In this document: in pieces, positions 1-10,364 of the stretch
Numbering within the stretch: position 1 is the stretch's first letter
Layout of the letters: every line of letters begins with the position of its first letter
Assembly: GCA_963845565.1 (NCBI GenBank)
Contig: CAWJSJ010000002.1
Coordinates: 1,632,001-1,696,000, forward strand
From: an uncultured Methylomirabilota bacterium
GTDB lineage: Bacteria > Methylomirabilota > Methylomirabilia > Methylomirabilales > 2-02-FULL-66-22
Direction: 5' to 3'
DNA: 64,000 nt
Notes under the pieces: generated by a model
What the model was told of the DNA's origin: nothing
What the model saw: only the letters and a program-made list of their open reading frames with translations
The model's database searches: none
Made by a program: the position numbers and the translations under genes

Positions 1-37
1 GCTATTCTCTGCACTCTAAACCAACAGGACCCCACCC

Positions 38-1729
38 ATGACCGACGATCTATCGCTCAGAAGCCGCGACCTTCACGAGTCCCTGGAGCGCACCGCGCAC
101 CGGGCGCTCCTGCACTGCATCGGCATACCCCATGCCGAGATGGCGAAGCCCCTGGTGGCCATCGTGAATTCCTGGACCGAGGTGGTGCCGGGGCACATGC
201 ACCTGCGCGCGCTGGGCGAGCTGGTGAAACAGGGGGTGCGGGAGGCCGGCGGCAACCCGCTGGAGTTCGACACCATCGCCGTCTGCGACGGGATGGCCCA
301 GGGGCACATCGGGATGAGCTATTCCCTCCCCAGCCGGGAGGCCATCGCCGACACGGTCGAGATCATGCTGGAGGGGCATCGCTTCGACGCCGCGGTGATG
401 ATCTCCAGTTGCGACAAGATCGAGCCGGGCCAGCTGCTCGCGGCGCTCCGCGTCAACATCCCCACCATTTTCCTGACGGGCGGCCCGATGGAGGGGGGGA
501 CGTACAAGGAGCACACCGATATCACCCTTTCCACCATTCGGGAGTTCGCCGGCCAGGTGAAGGTCGGCAAGCTCAGCCGGGAGGAACTGACCGAGATCGA
601 GAAGGCGGCGCTGCCCGGGCCAGGCTCGTGCTCCATGATGGGCACGGCCAACACCATGGCCTGCCTCCTGGAAGCGCTGGGGATGTCCCCCACCGGCTGC
701 GCCACCATGCTGGCGGTGGACCCCCTGCGGCCGGCCCTGGCCCGCGAGGCGGGCCGGCTGGTGATGGACTGCGTTCGACAGCATCTCACGCCCCGGCGCA
801 TCGTGACCCGGCAGGCGATCGAGAACGCCATGGCGGTGGACATGGCCCTGGGCGGCTCCACCAACAGCGTGCTCCATCTCCTGGCCATCGCCTACGAGGC
901 CGGCATCCCCCTGGCGCTGGACGAGTTCGACACCATGGCCCGGCGGGTGCCGCACCTGTGCAACATCAAACCGTCCGGCAAGTATGCCGTCGGTCGGATG
1001 GACGAGGCGGGCGGCGTTCCCGCGCTCATGCACGAGCTCCGGTCGGTACTCCACCTGGATGTCCCCACGGTCACCGGGAAGACGCTGGGAGAAAACATCG
1101 CCGGGGCGGCGGTGACGAACCGGGAGATGATCCGGCCGCTGTCCGATCCGCTCTACCGCGAGGGCGGCCTGGCCATCCTGCGCGGCAGCCTGGCACCCGA
1201 GGGCGCCGTGGTGAAGCAGACCGGGATCCGGTTCAAGGCCATGCTCCGCCACCGGGGGCCGGCCCGCGTCTTCGAGAGCATGGAAGACGCGGTCACGGGG
1301 TTCATGGGGGATGCGGTCAAGCCGGGGGAGATCGTGGTCGTGCGCTACGAGGGCCCCAAGGGCGGGCCCGGCATGCGGGAGATGCACCAGATCACCTCGG
1401 TGATGGTCGGCATGGGCCTCGACGAGCATTGCGGCCTGGTGACCGACGGCCGCTTCTCCGGCTCCACGCGAGGCCCCTGTATCGGCCACGTCTCCCCGGA
1501 GGCCGCCGAGGGAGGCCCGATGGCCTTGGTCCGGGACGGCGACCTGATCGAGTACGATATTCCGAACCGCCGCCTGGACCTCCTGGTGGCGGCGGACGAA
1601 CTGGCGCGGCGGCGCGCCGACTGGCAGCCGCGCACGCGGAAGCTGCGGGGCATCCTGGCCCGCTATGCCGCGCTGGCCGAGTCGGCATCGAGGGGCGCGG
1701 TCCTGCGTGACACGACAACAGGCTGCTGA
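38..1729 (+). CDS. ilvD: Dihydroxy-acid dehydratase (IlvD/Edd family)
   Basis: Motifs PGHMHL, VCDGMAQGH, SCDK, GSCSMMGTANTM, GGSTN, TDGRFSG. The stop codon TGA is supplied by the left end of a MITE. Confidence 0.85.
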   Translation: MTDDLSLRSRDLHESLERTAHRALLHCIGIPHAEMAKPLVAIVNSWTEVVPGHMHLRALGELVKQGVREAGGNPLEFDTIAVCDGMAQGHIGMSYSLPSREAIADTVEIMLEGHRFDAAVMISSCDKIEPGQLLAALRVNIPTIFLTGGPMEGGTYKEHTDITLSTIREFAGQVKVGKLSREELTEIEKAALPGPGSCSMMGTANTMACLLEALGMSPTGCATMLAVDPLRPALAREAGRLVMDCVRQHLTPRRIVTRQAIENAMAVDMALGGSTNSVLHLLAIAYEAGIPLALDEFDTMARRVPHLCNIKPSGKYAVGRMDEAGGVPALMHELRSVLHLDVPTVTGKTLGENIAGAAVTNREMIRPLSDPLYREGGLAILRGSLAPEGAVVKQTGIRFKAMLRHRGPARVFESMEDAVTGFMGDAVKPGEIVVVRYEGPKGGPGMREMHQITSVMVGMGLDEHCGLVTDGRFSGSTRGPCIGHVSPEAAEGGPMALVRDGDLIEYDIPNRRLDLLVAADELARRRADWQPRTRKLRGILARYAALAESASRGAVLRDTTTGC

Positions 1730-1786
1730 AAAAGGCCCATCTGCTGCGTTGGTCCGCCTTGCATCTGGACCTTTTTGAGCAGCCTG
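1719..1786 (+). mobile_element. MITE-like element, copy 1 (short)
   Basis: Terminal inverted repeats CAGGCTGCTGAAAAAGG ... CCTTTTTGAGCAGCCTG, shared with 8620-8803 and 32432-32577. Confidence 0.75.
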
Positions 1787-1831
1787 GCGAAAACGGGTAT
1801 TTTTGGCATCTCGATACGCGGGTGAGGGGAC

Positions 1832-2650
1832 ATGGGAAAAAGCAACGAGGGCGGAAGTCGCGAGGGGCGGAGCGGGCGGCATTCGGCGAGCACGTTCCCG
1901 AACCGGTTCATCCCGCTGTACTACCAGCTGGAGAACATCCTGCGCTCCAAGATCGAAGGGGGCGAAGTTCTGCCCAACAACAAACTTCCGACGGAGCAGG
2001 AGCTGTCGAAGGAATACAAGATCAGCCGGGCGACGGTCCGGCAGGCGCTGGCGGCGCTCGTCTCGGAGGGGCTGCTCTACCGGAAGCAGGGAAAGGGCAC
2101 CTTCGTCACGGAGAAGGCCGGCCAGACCAAGACGGTGAAGCTGACCGGGTTCACCGAGGACCTCTTCTCCGAAGGGCACCAGGCCGAAGTGAAGATCATG
2201 GAGATTCGGTCGGTCCCGGCGCCGGAGCGCATCGCGTCCGTGCTGCGCGTCCCCGTCGGGGAAGAGGTGACCCGTTTCAAGCGGCTGCGGTCGCTGGATG
2301 GGGCGCCGTTCTCGTACGTGCTGAACTACCTGACGCCCGAGATCGGCGAGAAGATCAGCGAACGGGACCTGCAGCACCACACCATGCTCCACCTCCTGGA
2401 AGAGAAGCTGGGAATCGCGCTGGGAACGATCCGTCACGCGGTGGAGTCCGTCAAGGCGGACGTCGAAGTGGCCTCGCTTCTCGGTATCAGCGTCTTCGAG
2501 CCGGTCCTCTTCATGGAGACGGCCGTGTATTCCGCCGACGGACAGCCCGTTGAGACGGTGGATTCCTTCTTCCGCTCCGACCGGTACCGGTACACGGTGG
2601 AACTGATCCGCAGCCAGCAACTGCGAAAGGATCGGGCGAAGCGAAGGTAG
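1832..2650 (+). CDS. GntR-family (HutC/UTRA) transcriptional regulator
   Basis: PLYYQL...LPTEQELSKEYKISRATVRQAL...GKGTFV wHTH followed by a UTRA-like C-terminus. Confidence 0.92.
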   Translation: MGKSNEGGSREGRSGRHSASTFPNRFIPLYYQLENILRSKIEGGEVLPNNKLPTEQELSKEYKISRATVRQALAALVSEGLLYRKQGKGTFVTEKAGQTKTVKLTGFTEDLFSEGHQAEVKIMEIRSVPAPERIASVLRVPVGEEVTRFKRLRSLDGAPFSYVLNYLTPEIGEKISERDLQHHTMLHLLEEKLGIALGTIRHAVESVKADVEVASLLGISVFEPVLFMETAVYSADGQPVETVDSFFRSDRYRYTVELIRSQQLRKDRAKRR

Positions 2651-2658
2651 GGAAGAGA

Positions 2659-2792
2659 CAGCGCTCAGCTTTCAGCGGTCAGCTATCAGCTATCGGAATG
2701 GGAACCTATACAGCGAACCGGGGGAGTGTCTTGACTCCCCCGGTTTCGTTCTTGGCTGATCGCTGAAAGCTGAGCGCTGACCGCTGATCGCT
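2659..2792. repeat. Inverted heptamer arrays (NNTCAGC / GCTGANN) around a hairpin, probably a bidirectional terminator
   Basis: 19-bp perfect inverted repeat 2659-2677 / 2761-2779, with an inner hairpin AACCGGGGGAGT...ACTCCCCCGGTT between convergent genes. Confidence 0.75.
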
Positions 2793-3735
2793 ACAGGTAC
2801 TGCCCGTAGCGGATCTTCTCGATGATTTCCTTGGTCTTCCGATAATCCTCGACCGCGCGCTGCATGTCCTCGGTGACCACCGGACCGGGCTGGGCGCCGG
2901 CCCCTTCCTGGCGGACCTTCTCCTCCAGCGACTTCTGCACGATCTCGGCCAGGTCTGCGCTGTTCAACTTGACCGTGCGGGCCAGGATGGCGTCCAGATC
3001 CAGCTCCCCGAACAGGCGGCGTCCCGCCAGGGCCTCGGCCTTGGCCATGTGGATCCGCAGGATCTCTCGCTTGCCCTCGGTTTCCGGGAGGGGCACCTCG
3101 ATGAGCTGGTCCAGCCGGCCGGCCCGGATCAGCGTGGGATCCACCGCGTCGGCCCGATTGGTGGAGGCAACGGCCAAGATGTCTCCGGACCGGCCGATGT
3201 CGTCCAGTTGCTCTGCCACGCTGTTGACCAGGCGACGGCTGGCGGTGCGCATTTCCTCGGGGGCCGCCCGGTCGAAGACCAGATCGTCGATCTCGTCCAG
3301 AAAGAGGACGGCGCGGCCGCTCTCCTTGACCTGGCTGAAGACCTCCTGCAGCACGTCGAAGGAATCGGCGTACCACTTGGTCACCACGTTGGTCACCCGC
3401 ACGTGGAAGAACACCGCCTCGGCTTCCCGGGCCAACGCCATGGCGAGGAGGGTCTTGCCCGTGCCCGGTGGGCCATACAGCAAGACCCCGTTCGGGGGCT
3501 GGGTCCCCCATTTCTTGTGCAGGTCCGGGCTCTTCAGCGCGAAGACCAGCCCGGCGATCTCGTGCTTGGCGCGGACGAGGTCCCCGATATCCGCGAAGGC
3601 GACCTCGGGCCTCATGCTGACTTCGATCTTGCCCTTCATGTCCCCGAAACGCTTGGCCAGCCGCGCCACGAAATCCTCGAGTTTGCGCCGCAGGACCTCC
3701 GGGGTATGGCCCGTCAGCATCTTTCGTTCGGTCAT
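2791..3735 (-). CDS. Single-domain AAA+ ATPase (Cdc48/ARC/PAN-like)
   Basis: Walker A GPPGTGKT, pore loop KWY, Walker B LFLDEID, SRH STNRADAVDPTLIRAGRLD. Confidence 0.9.
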   Translation of the reverse strand: MTERKMLTGHTPEVLRRKLEDFVARLAKRFGDMKGKIEVSMRPEVAFADIGDLVRAKHEIAGLVFALKSPDLHKKWGTQPPNGVLLYGPPGTGKTLLAMALAREAEAVFFHVRVTNVVTKWYADSFDVLQEVFSQVKESGRAVLFLDEIDDLVFDRAAPEEMRTASRRLVNSVAEQLDDIGRSGDILAVASTNRADAVDPTLIRAGRLDQLIEVPLPETEGKREILRIHMAKAEALAGRRLFGELDLDAILARTVKLNSADLAEIVQKSLEEKVRQEGAGAQPGPVVTEDMQRAVEDYRKTKEIIEKIRYGQYL

Positions 3736-3788
3736 GGGTTGCGCTCCATTCGACGCGTCGAGGACGTGGCCTCGACCGCGGGCGTCGC

Positions 3789-4388
3789 TCAGCCGTCCAG
3801 CGAACCTGCGGCCTGAAAGAAGGTCTCCTCGAGTTTCTGCATCAGGGCCGGGATGTCGGTGCTGAGTACCAGCAGATCATGCCTTCGCCCCTGCACATCC
3901 ACGATCTGACCGGCCAGGCGCGCCTCCCGACGGAACCCCAGCTTTTCGAAGACCTTGGCGGCCGGAAGCTGGTCCGCGGCCACCTCCGCCACCATCTTGT
4001 CCAGACCGGCCTGCAGTGCCAGATAGAAGATCTCCCTTGCCAACGCCGAGGCGAGACCGCGACGCCGGACAAACGGATCGGTGGTGACGCGAATCTCCCC
4101 GAGATGGCGCATCCAGCCTACCGGATGGCGATGGAGCGTGGCGTCCCCGACGATCTGCCCATCCTGCTCGGCGAGGATGGGCAACACCCGGTCGAAATCC
4201 GGCTCCCGACACCAGGCACGGACGAGGTCCGCCCGCGTCACGTCGTCCCGGAGGAACTGGCGATCCTCCGGGGACAAGCGGCGAAAGAAATCCAGGAGCG
4301 CTCGCTCGTCTGCCGCTACCAGCGGACGCAGGACGACCGGCGTGCCGTCCCGCAAGGCGATCTGTTTCGGGAACTCCCTGAGCGGCAC
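3789..4388 (-). CDS. GNAT N-acetyltransferase
   Basis: RRRGLASAL acetyl-CoA motif, FEKLGF, N-terminal LRDGTPVVLRPL. Confidence 0.85.
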   Translation of the reverse strand: MPLREFPKQIALRDGTPVVLRPLVAADERALLDFFRRLSPEDRQFLRDDVTRADLVRAWCREPDFDRVLPILAEQDGQIVGDATLHRHPVGWMRHLGEIRVTTDPFVRRRGLASALAREIFYLALQAGLDKMVAEVAADQLPAAKVFEKLGFRREARLAGQIVDVQGRRHDLLVLSTDIPALMQKLEETFFQAAGSLDG

Positions 4389-4537
4389 GATACACCTCCG
4401 GATCAGAAACGGGGACGCCCCGTGGTGCTGGAGGCAGAATATACGCTACCAGACCTTTCGGTTCGGGACAAGGAGTGGCTCCCGGCGGCTCCCGCATGGA
4501 ACATGGAAGTGGCGGGGCGGTGCGGCCTCTCGACGGT

Positions 4538-5356
4538 CTAGCCCAGCGCGACGTCCAGCGTCATCATGATCGCGAACCCCAGCATGGCGCCGATGGTGGC
4601 GACGTCCGTGTTCTGTTCCTGCTGCGCTTCAGGGATGAGCTCTTCCACCACGACGAAGATCATGGCCCCGGCCGCGAAAGCCAGGGCGTAAGGCAGGATG
4701 GGCCGCATGAGGAGGACCGCGGCCGCCCCGATGACGCCGGCGACCGGCTCGACCGTCGCGGAGAGTTGGCCGTACCAGAACGCCCGCAGCCGCGACATTC
4801 CCTCTCGCCGGAGCGGCACGGAGACCGCCGTGCCTTCGGGGAAATTCTGGATGCCGATGCCGATGGCGAGCGCCACGGCGCCGGCGAGCGTGGCCGAGGG
4901 GAACCCGGCAGCCACCGCGCCGAAGGCGACGCCGACCGCAAGCCCCTCGGGGATGTTGTGCAGTGTGATGGCCAGGACCAGCAGGATGCTCCGCTGCCAG
5001 CCCGTCCGGACCCCCTCGGCGCGGTCGGTCGGCAGGCCGAGGTGCAGGTGCGGGAGGATCTTATCCACCAGCCAGAGGAACGCCCCGCCGGCCAGGAATC
5101 CGACGGTTGCCGGCACCCACGCCGGGCCGCCCGCGGCCTCGGCCATCTCGATGGCCGGGTTGAGCAGCGACCAGAAGCTGGCGGCGATCATGACCCCGGC
5201 GGCGAAGCCGAGCATCCCGTCCAGCACCTGCCGGCGGATCTCCCGACAGAAAAAGACGGCGGCGGCGCCCAGCGCGGTGAGGAACCAAGTGAAGCCGGTC
5301 GCGAGCAGGGCCTGCCAGATCGGATGCAGCTCCGTGAACCAGTTAACCATGTCCAT
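4538..5356 (-). CDS. ZIP-family metal transporter (ZupT/GufA-like)
   Basis: HNIPEG and QNFPEG motifs, multiple TM segments. Confidence 0.93.
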   Translation of the reverse strand: MDMVNWFTELHPIWQALLATGFTWFLTALGAAAVFFCREIRRQVLDGMLGFAAGVMIAASFWSLLNPAIEMAEAAGGPAWVPATVGFLAGGAFLWLVDKILPHLHLGLPTDRAEGVRTGWQRSILLVLAITLHNIPEGLAVGVAFGAVAAGFPSATLAGAVALAIGIGIQNFPEGTAVSVPLRREGMSRLRAFWYGQLSATVEPVAGVIGAAAVLLMRPILPYALAFAAGAMIFVVVEELIPEAQQEQNTDVATIGAMLGFAIMMTLDVALG

Positions 5357-5560
5357 CGTCCCTCCTGGACTGGGACCGAGATACCGCGCGCTACTGCAGC
5401 AAGAGCGCCGGAAGGAACGTGGAAAGCGTCGGGAAAAAGAGCAACAGGTACAACACCACTGTCACCACTTTCGAGCAAAACCGGGAGCCCATCGTCGCTC
5501 GCGACCTTGGCCTCCGGTCCAGGTGGGCGGCGCGAGGCCGCCCGGCTGACGGCGTCATGC

Positions 5561-6835
5561 TCACCGGAGCAGCAGGCCAGGAAGAAACGTCGAGATCTGG
5601 GGGAATACGGTCAGAAGCAGCAGCACGACCCCCAGGATCGCCAGGAACGGAAGGTACGCCCGGACGATCTTCTCCATGGGTAGCTTGGCGATCGCCGATA
5701 CGCCGAACAGGCAGACGCCCACCGGCGGAGTCGTCAGGCCGATCATGGTGTTTACCGAGATCAGAATGCCGAAGTAGACCATGTCCACGTCGAGCGCCTT
5801 CAGTAGGGGCATCAGGATCGGGACCATGATCAGGACAATCGGCGTGGCGTCCAGAAAACAGCCCTCGATCAGGATGATGACGTTGATGAGCAGCAGGATG
5901 AGCAGGCGATCCTGGGTCAGGCTGTAGATGAAATTGGTGAAGAGCTGCGGGATCTTCTCCAGCGACAACCACCAGCCGAAGGCGCCGGTGATCCCGATGA
6001 TGAACATGATCACCCCGACGGTCACCGAGGTATTGCAGAGGCTTCGCCAGATGGACGCCCAGGTGATCTCCCGGTACATGAAGCCGAGGACGATGGCGTA
6101 CACGACGGCGATCATGGCCGCCTCGGTGGGCGTGAAGAAGCCGGAATAGATCCCCCCGATGATGATGACCGGGGTGAGGAGGACGGGCAACGCTTCGACG
6201 GTGGCCTTGATGAGCTGTCGAAAGCTCGGTCGGGGATAGCTGGGGTAGTTCCGCTTCTTGCTGATGACATAGACGCCGACCATCAGGCCCAACCCCATGA
6301 TCACGCCGGGGATGATCCCGGCGATGAACAGGGCGCCGACCGAGACCCCGGCCACCACGCCGTAGATGACCATGATGATGCTGGGCGGGATGATGGGGCC
6401 GATGGTGGAGGCCCCCAACACGATTGCCGCGCTGAATTCCTTGTCGTACCCCTCCTTCTCCATGGCGGGAATCTCGATGCTGCCGAGCCCCACCGCGTCC
6501 GCCGTGGCCGACCCGGACATCCCGGCGAAGATCATGGAGGCCACCACGCAGACGTGGCCGAGGCCGCCGGTGATATGCCCCACGCAGGTCCGGGCGAAGT
6601 TGAAGAGCCGCCGGGTGATGCCGCCGGTGTTCATGATCTCGCCGGCCAAGATGAAGAGCGGGACGGCCAACAGGGTGAAGTTGTCCACCGTGGTGAACAT
6701 CTTCTGCGGGATCATCATGATGGGCTTGGCGGAGGCGAGGAAGTAGAAGACCGACCCGAGGCCGATGCTGAAGGCGATCGGCACCCCGACGATCATGCAG
6801 GCGGCGATGATGCCGCAGGCGACGAGGACATCCAT
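5561..6835 (-). CDS. dctM: TRAP transporter large permease DctM
   Basis: GMSGSATAD, IIPPSI, TPTEA, TPPVG motifs. Confidence 0.93.
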   Translation of the reverse strand: MDVLVACGIIAACMIVGVPIAFSIGLGSVFYFLASAKPIMMIPQKMFTTVDNFTLLAVPLFILAGEIMNTGGITRRLFNFARTCVGHITGGLGHVCVVASMIFAGMSGSATADAVGLGSIEIPAMEKEGYDKEFSAAIVLGASTIGPIIPPSIIMVIYGVVAGVSVGALFIAGIIPGVIMGLGLMVGVYVISKKRNYPSYPRPSFRQLIKATVEALPVLLTPVIIIGGIYSGFFTPTEAAMIAVVYAIVLGFMYREITWASIWRSLCNTSVTVGVIMFIIGITGAFGWWLSLEKIPQLFTNFIYSLTQDRLLILLLINVIILIEGCFLDATPIVLIMVPILMPLLKALDVDMVYFGILISVNTMIGLTTPPVGVCLFGVSAIAKLPMEKIVRAYLPFLAILGVVLLLLTVFPQISTFLPGLLLR

Positions 6836-6839
6836 GACG

Positions 6840-7352
6840 TCACGCCTCCTGGGCCGCGGGGGAAACCCGACCGTACCGGTTCCACATGTTGCCCGCCAGG
6901 TGAATGGCCATCAGCGCGGCTCCCACGGGAACCGAGGCATAGACGTAGGCATATCGCAAGCCGAGCGCCGGGGAGATCTGCCCCCAGACCATCTCGGACA
7001 TGAGGTAGCCGTACCGGATCAGGAAACCGATGAAGACAAACTCCATGAGGTAGACGAGCAGCTCGCACCACCAACGGAGGGCGGGCGAGAGCAGATCCGT
7101 GAACAACGTCAGCGAGAAGTGCTCTTGCTTGTAGAGCCCGACGGAGGCGCCCAGCATGAGGAGCCACACGAAGGCGAAACGGGATAGTTCCTCGGTCCAG
7201 GGGAGCGAGATGACGGCCGCGTCGCCGAAGAACTTGGGGAGGAGGCGGGTGAACACCTGGAGAAAAATACTGATCATCACCGCGGCGAAGAACGCGCCTG
7301 CGACGCCCTTTTCGATGGCGATGAGCCACGGGTCCGGTTTCCGGTCGGTCAT
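6840..7352 (-). CDS. dctQ: TRAP transporter small permease DctQ
   Basis: WTEELSR motif, four TM segments, position between dctP and dctM. Confidence 0.9.
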   Translation of the reverse strand: MTDRKPDPWLIAIEKGVAGAFFAAVMISIFLQVFTRLLPKFFGDAAVISLPWTEELSRFAFVWLLMLGASVGLYKQEHFSLTLFTDLLSPALRWWCELLVYLMEFVFIGFLIRYGYLMSEMVWGQISPALGLRYAYVYASVPVGAALMAIHLAGNMWNRYGRVSPAAQEA

Positions 7353-7412
7353 GCGCGGACTCCCGCGTGTGCGCCGGGGGCCGAACCGCCGGCCCCCGGC
7401 GCACCGCAGTTA

Positions 7413-7511
7413 GGAGCCGTTACGAAATAACCTATACATCTCTTTCTATTTCGTTACGGCTCCTTATGCCGTTTCGGAATGTCTCCGCTCAACTAATTCT
7501 TTGACAACGGC
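7413..7511. repeat. Two tandem AT-rich miniature inverted-repeat units, each flanked by TTA
   Basis: TTA-GGAGCCGTTACGAAATA...TATTTCGTTACGGCTCC-TTA (7413-7463), then TGCCGTT...AACGGC-TTA (7467-7511). Confidence 0.6.
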
Positions 7512-8495
7512 TTACTTCGTTGCCACCGCTTGATTAATCAGATCCTGACCGATCTTGGGCGCGTACTTGTCCCAGAGCGGCTTGACCTTGGCCTGGAAGG
7601 CGGACAGGTCCTTCACCTCGTTGACCTGGACCTTGTTGGCCTTCATCCACTCGATGTCTTTTTGCTGTTTCTCGGCGTACCGCTTCCGCTGCCAGTCGCG
7701 GGTCTCGAGGGTGACCTGATCGAAGAGCGGGCGCAGGTCGGCCGGGATCTTGCTCAGGAAGGCCGGGTTCGCCAGCGCGATTTTCACCGCCACCACGTGG
7801 CTCGTCATGGAGAAATACTTGGCCGGCTCGTAGAACTTCATGGCGAGATACCCGGCGGTGTCGTTCTCGGCCGCGTCGATCACGCCGGTGGACAGAGCCG
7901 TGTACACCTCGCCGTAGGCCATCGGGGTGGGCATGGCGCCCAGAGCGTTGAAGAGGCCGATGTAGACCTCGTTGTTCATGACCCGCACTTTGACGCCCTT
8001 GAAGTCGTCGGGGGTGTTGATCGCCTTCTTGGGCAGGAACATGTGTCGAACGCCGTTGGCCCAGTATGCCGCGAGCTTGATGTTGGTGGCTTTCTGGAAG
8101 TCCTCGGCGAGCTTCTGCCCCACCGGCCCGTCCGCGAAGCGCTGGAGCTGCGGCTCGTCCCTGAAGAGGTACGGGAGGACGAACAGGTCGAACTTCGGGA
8201 AGTGCAGGGAGAGCGGGGCGCTGTTGACGGTGACGAGATCCACCGAGCCCATCTTCACCTGCTCGATCAGCTCCCGCTCCTCACCCAACTGGCCGGCCGG
8301 GTAGAGATCCACCTTGAACTTGCCGCCACTCTTCTCCTCCAGGGTCTTCTTGAAAAACTCCCAGGCGTCGTGCGACGGGTCGCCGGGCGGGTTCACATGG
8401 CCGACCTTGACGGCGATCGGCGCCCCGGCCGCGGCAGGGGCCGCCCCGACGGCAAGGGCCAAGACAACCGCGAACACCACCAGCACGTTTTTCAT
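7512..8495 (-). CDS. dctP: TRAP substrate-binding protein DctP
   Basis: Signal peptide, YPAGQLG, KGVKVRV, EVYTALSTGVIDAAEN. Confidence 0.93.
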   Translation of the reverse strand: MKNVLVVFAVVLALAVGAAPAAAGAPIAVKVGHVNPPGDPSHDAWEFFKKTLEEKSGGKFKVDLYPAGQLGEERELIEQVKMGSVDLVTVNSAPLSLHFPKFDLFVLPYLFRDEPQLQRFADGPVGQKLAEDFQKATNIKLAAYWANGVRHMFLPKKAINTPDDFKGVKVRVMNNEVYIGLFNALGAMPTPMAYGEVYTALSTGVIDAAENDTAGYLAMKFYEPAKYFSMTSHVVAVKIALANPAFLSKIPADLRPLFDQVTLETRDWQRKRYAEKQQKDIEWMKANKVQVNEVKDLSAFQAKVKPLWDKYAPKIGQDLINQAVATK

Positions 8496-8619
8496 GGCCA
8501 GCCTCCTTGTTCGGGTGAGTACGAGCGCGCGCCACGCGCGAGGATCAGGGGCATCCGACGTTCCGTCGGCGCTCTATCCGGGTGCCGGCTCACAGGATGC
8601 GGAGAAACCCGCCTTTCCC

Positions 8620-8803
8620 CAGGCTGCTCAAAAAGGTCCAGATGCCAGGCGGCGTTACCCATCCTCCAGATGGGTACCCGGGGCGGGGTACCCACCGCAG
8701 GTGGGTCAAGGCGTACTCCAGGTACGCCGCAGCGAGCGCCCGAGCACGCGGGGTACCCGTCCGCAGGATGGGTCCCCGCAGGTGCGCCTTTTTCAGCAGC
8801 CTG
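8620..8803 (-). mobile_element. MITE-like element, copy 2 (long, with nested GGGTACCCATCC-type palindromes)
   Basis: Same TIRs as copy 1. Abuts the TAG stop of the cupin gene. Degenerate outer TIR at 8593. Confidence 0.75.
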
Positions 8804-9133
8804 CTAATCCACGATGAACAGCGTCGCCCCGGCCGACGTGTGCGATCGATGCGGCGCCGTGTCGTCGGCCACCTGGTAGCTCACGCCGGCCGTGAGGACG
8901 TGCGTGCTCCCGTCGGCCAGCTCGGTGATGAGCTCGCCTTTCAGGACCAGCAGGACGTGGCCGCGGGAGCACCAGTGGTCGGCGCGGTAGCCGGCGGTGT
9001 ACTCCACCATCCGGACCCGGATGTTTCCGACCTCGACCGTCCGCCAGAGCGCCTGGCCGGTCTCGCCGGGATGCACCGAGACGGGGAGGCGGCTCCAGTC
9101 GACCGTGGAAAAGGGCACGGCCTCGATGCGCAT
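8804..9133 (-). CDS. DHCW-motif cupin-fold protein
   Basis: HPGETG...YRADHWCSRGH motif, 109 aa. Confidence 0.85.
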   Translation of the reverse strand: MRIEAVPFSTVDWSRLPVSVHPGETGQALWRTVEVGNIRVRMVEYTAGYRADHWCSRGHVLLVLKGELITELADGSTHVLTAGVSYQVADDTAPHRSHTSAGATLFIVD

Positions 9134-9160
9134 GGATCACCTCCGAGTGCGTGCGGGTTC

Positions 9161-10201
9161 CTACGCGCGCGGGTAGTCCCGGCACTCGCGCCAGGTCTCG
9201 ATCATGGCCATGAAGTTCTCGGGCTTGACCGAGGAGTGGATACTGTTGCTGCTGGAGAGGCAAAAGCCGCCGCCCGGCATGGCGACCCGCATCGTCTCCC
9301 GCGTGACCTGTCGCACCTCGGCGACCGGCGCCTGGCTGAGCAGATACCCGCAGTCGATATTCCCGATCAGAGCAAGCCGCTTCCCGTACCGCTGCTTGAT
9401 CGCACCGATGTCCATCCCGGCCACCGGTTCCAGGGGGTTCAGGCCGTCGATGCCGGTGTCCACGATCATGTCGAGGATCGGCATGATGTTGCCGTCGGTG
9501 TGCTTGATCACGTACGCGCCCGCCTCGTGGGCGGCCTTCACGCAGCGCGTCAGGCCCGGCAGGATGAACTCTTTGAAATGCCGCGGCGACATCAGGGGCG
9601 AGTTCTTGTCGGCGTAGTCATCGCCGAAGATGATCACGTCCACGCCGGCCTGGATGACCCGCTGCATGGCCCGGATGTCGTGGGCGAGGGTGATCTCGAT
9701 CAGTTGGTGGACGAGGTCGGGATTCTCGATCATGTCGATGAGGAACTGTTCCATCCCGCGCAGAAAGGCCGGATTGAAGAACGCGTCACGGCCGAGGGCG
9801 GTGATGGCCTTCTTCCCCTTGTAGTGCGCGACGATCTCGGGGATCGTTCCCAGGACGTCCGGCGCCTCGGGATCGGGCGGGGTGTACGTCTTGAGGTCCT
9901 CGGGCCGCTTGATCGGCCCCTCGACCGGCGCCGGGGTGCTTTCTGGGCCGAACGCCCGGATCACGCCCCACTTGTCGCGGAAGAGCCCTTTCTCTTTGTT
10001 CACGTACTGGACGTTATCCCGACTCCACGAACTGCGGTTCTGGCCGACGCTGTCCATCCCCAGCCAGTCGTTGAACTGGTAGTAGTCACAGCCGGGCACC
10101 AGGGCCTGCATCAGGTTGAGATCGATCACGCTCTCGATGTACGGCACGCGATCCGGTTGGCGATGTTCCAGGGCCGCGATGACACGCTCGTAAGAGTTCA
10201 T
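9161..10201 (-). CDS. Uroporphyrinogen decarboxylase (URO-D/MtaA-like) family protein
   Basis: ERVIAALEHRQPDRVP, GDDY, HTDG, GNID, SSNSIH. Start taken at MNSYERV. Confidence 0.85.
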   Translation of the reverse strand: MNSYERVIAALEHRQPDRVPYIESVIDLNLMQALVPGCDYYQFNDWLGMDSVGQNRSSWSRDNVQYVNKEKGLFRDKWGVIRAFGPESTPAPVEGPIKRPEDLKTYTPPDPEAPDVLGTIPEIVAHYKGKKAITALGRDAFFNPAFLRGMEQFLIDMIENPDLVHQLIEITLAHDIRAMQRVIQAGVDVIIFGDDYADKNSPLMSPRHFKEFILPGLTRCVKAAHEAGAYVIKHTDGNIMPILDMIVDTGIDGLNPLEPVAGMDIGAIKQRYGKRLALIGNIDCGYLLSQAPVAEVRQVTRETMRVAMPGGGFCLSSSNSIHSSVKPENFMAMIETWRECRDYPRA

Positions 10202-10364
10202 GAGATCCTCCGGTCCGTGACGAGGGAAACGCAAACATACCGGCTGGCCCCGTCAAAGGGGTCCGGCTGTATCGAGTTTAGCCTGCTATCGCGCCGACCC
10301 TAGCAAGGCCGTCGGTGACTTGTCAAACGAGATATGCGGGTGGTCTGGAGGAGGAGCGGGGTCG

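Noticed and set aside
50..2620. Long antisense and shadow ORFs (856 aa here, also 14374-15429, 18416-20356, 25651-27378)
   Set aside because: They lie opposite well-supported genes and are expected from high-GC codon bias.
8620..8803. CRISPR array suggested by repeated palindromes
   Set aside because: The repeats are degenerate and irregularly spaced, lack unique spacers of constant length, and no cas genes are present.
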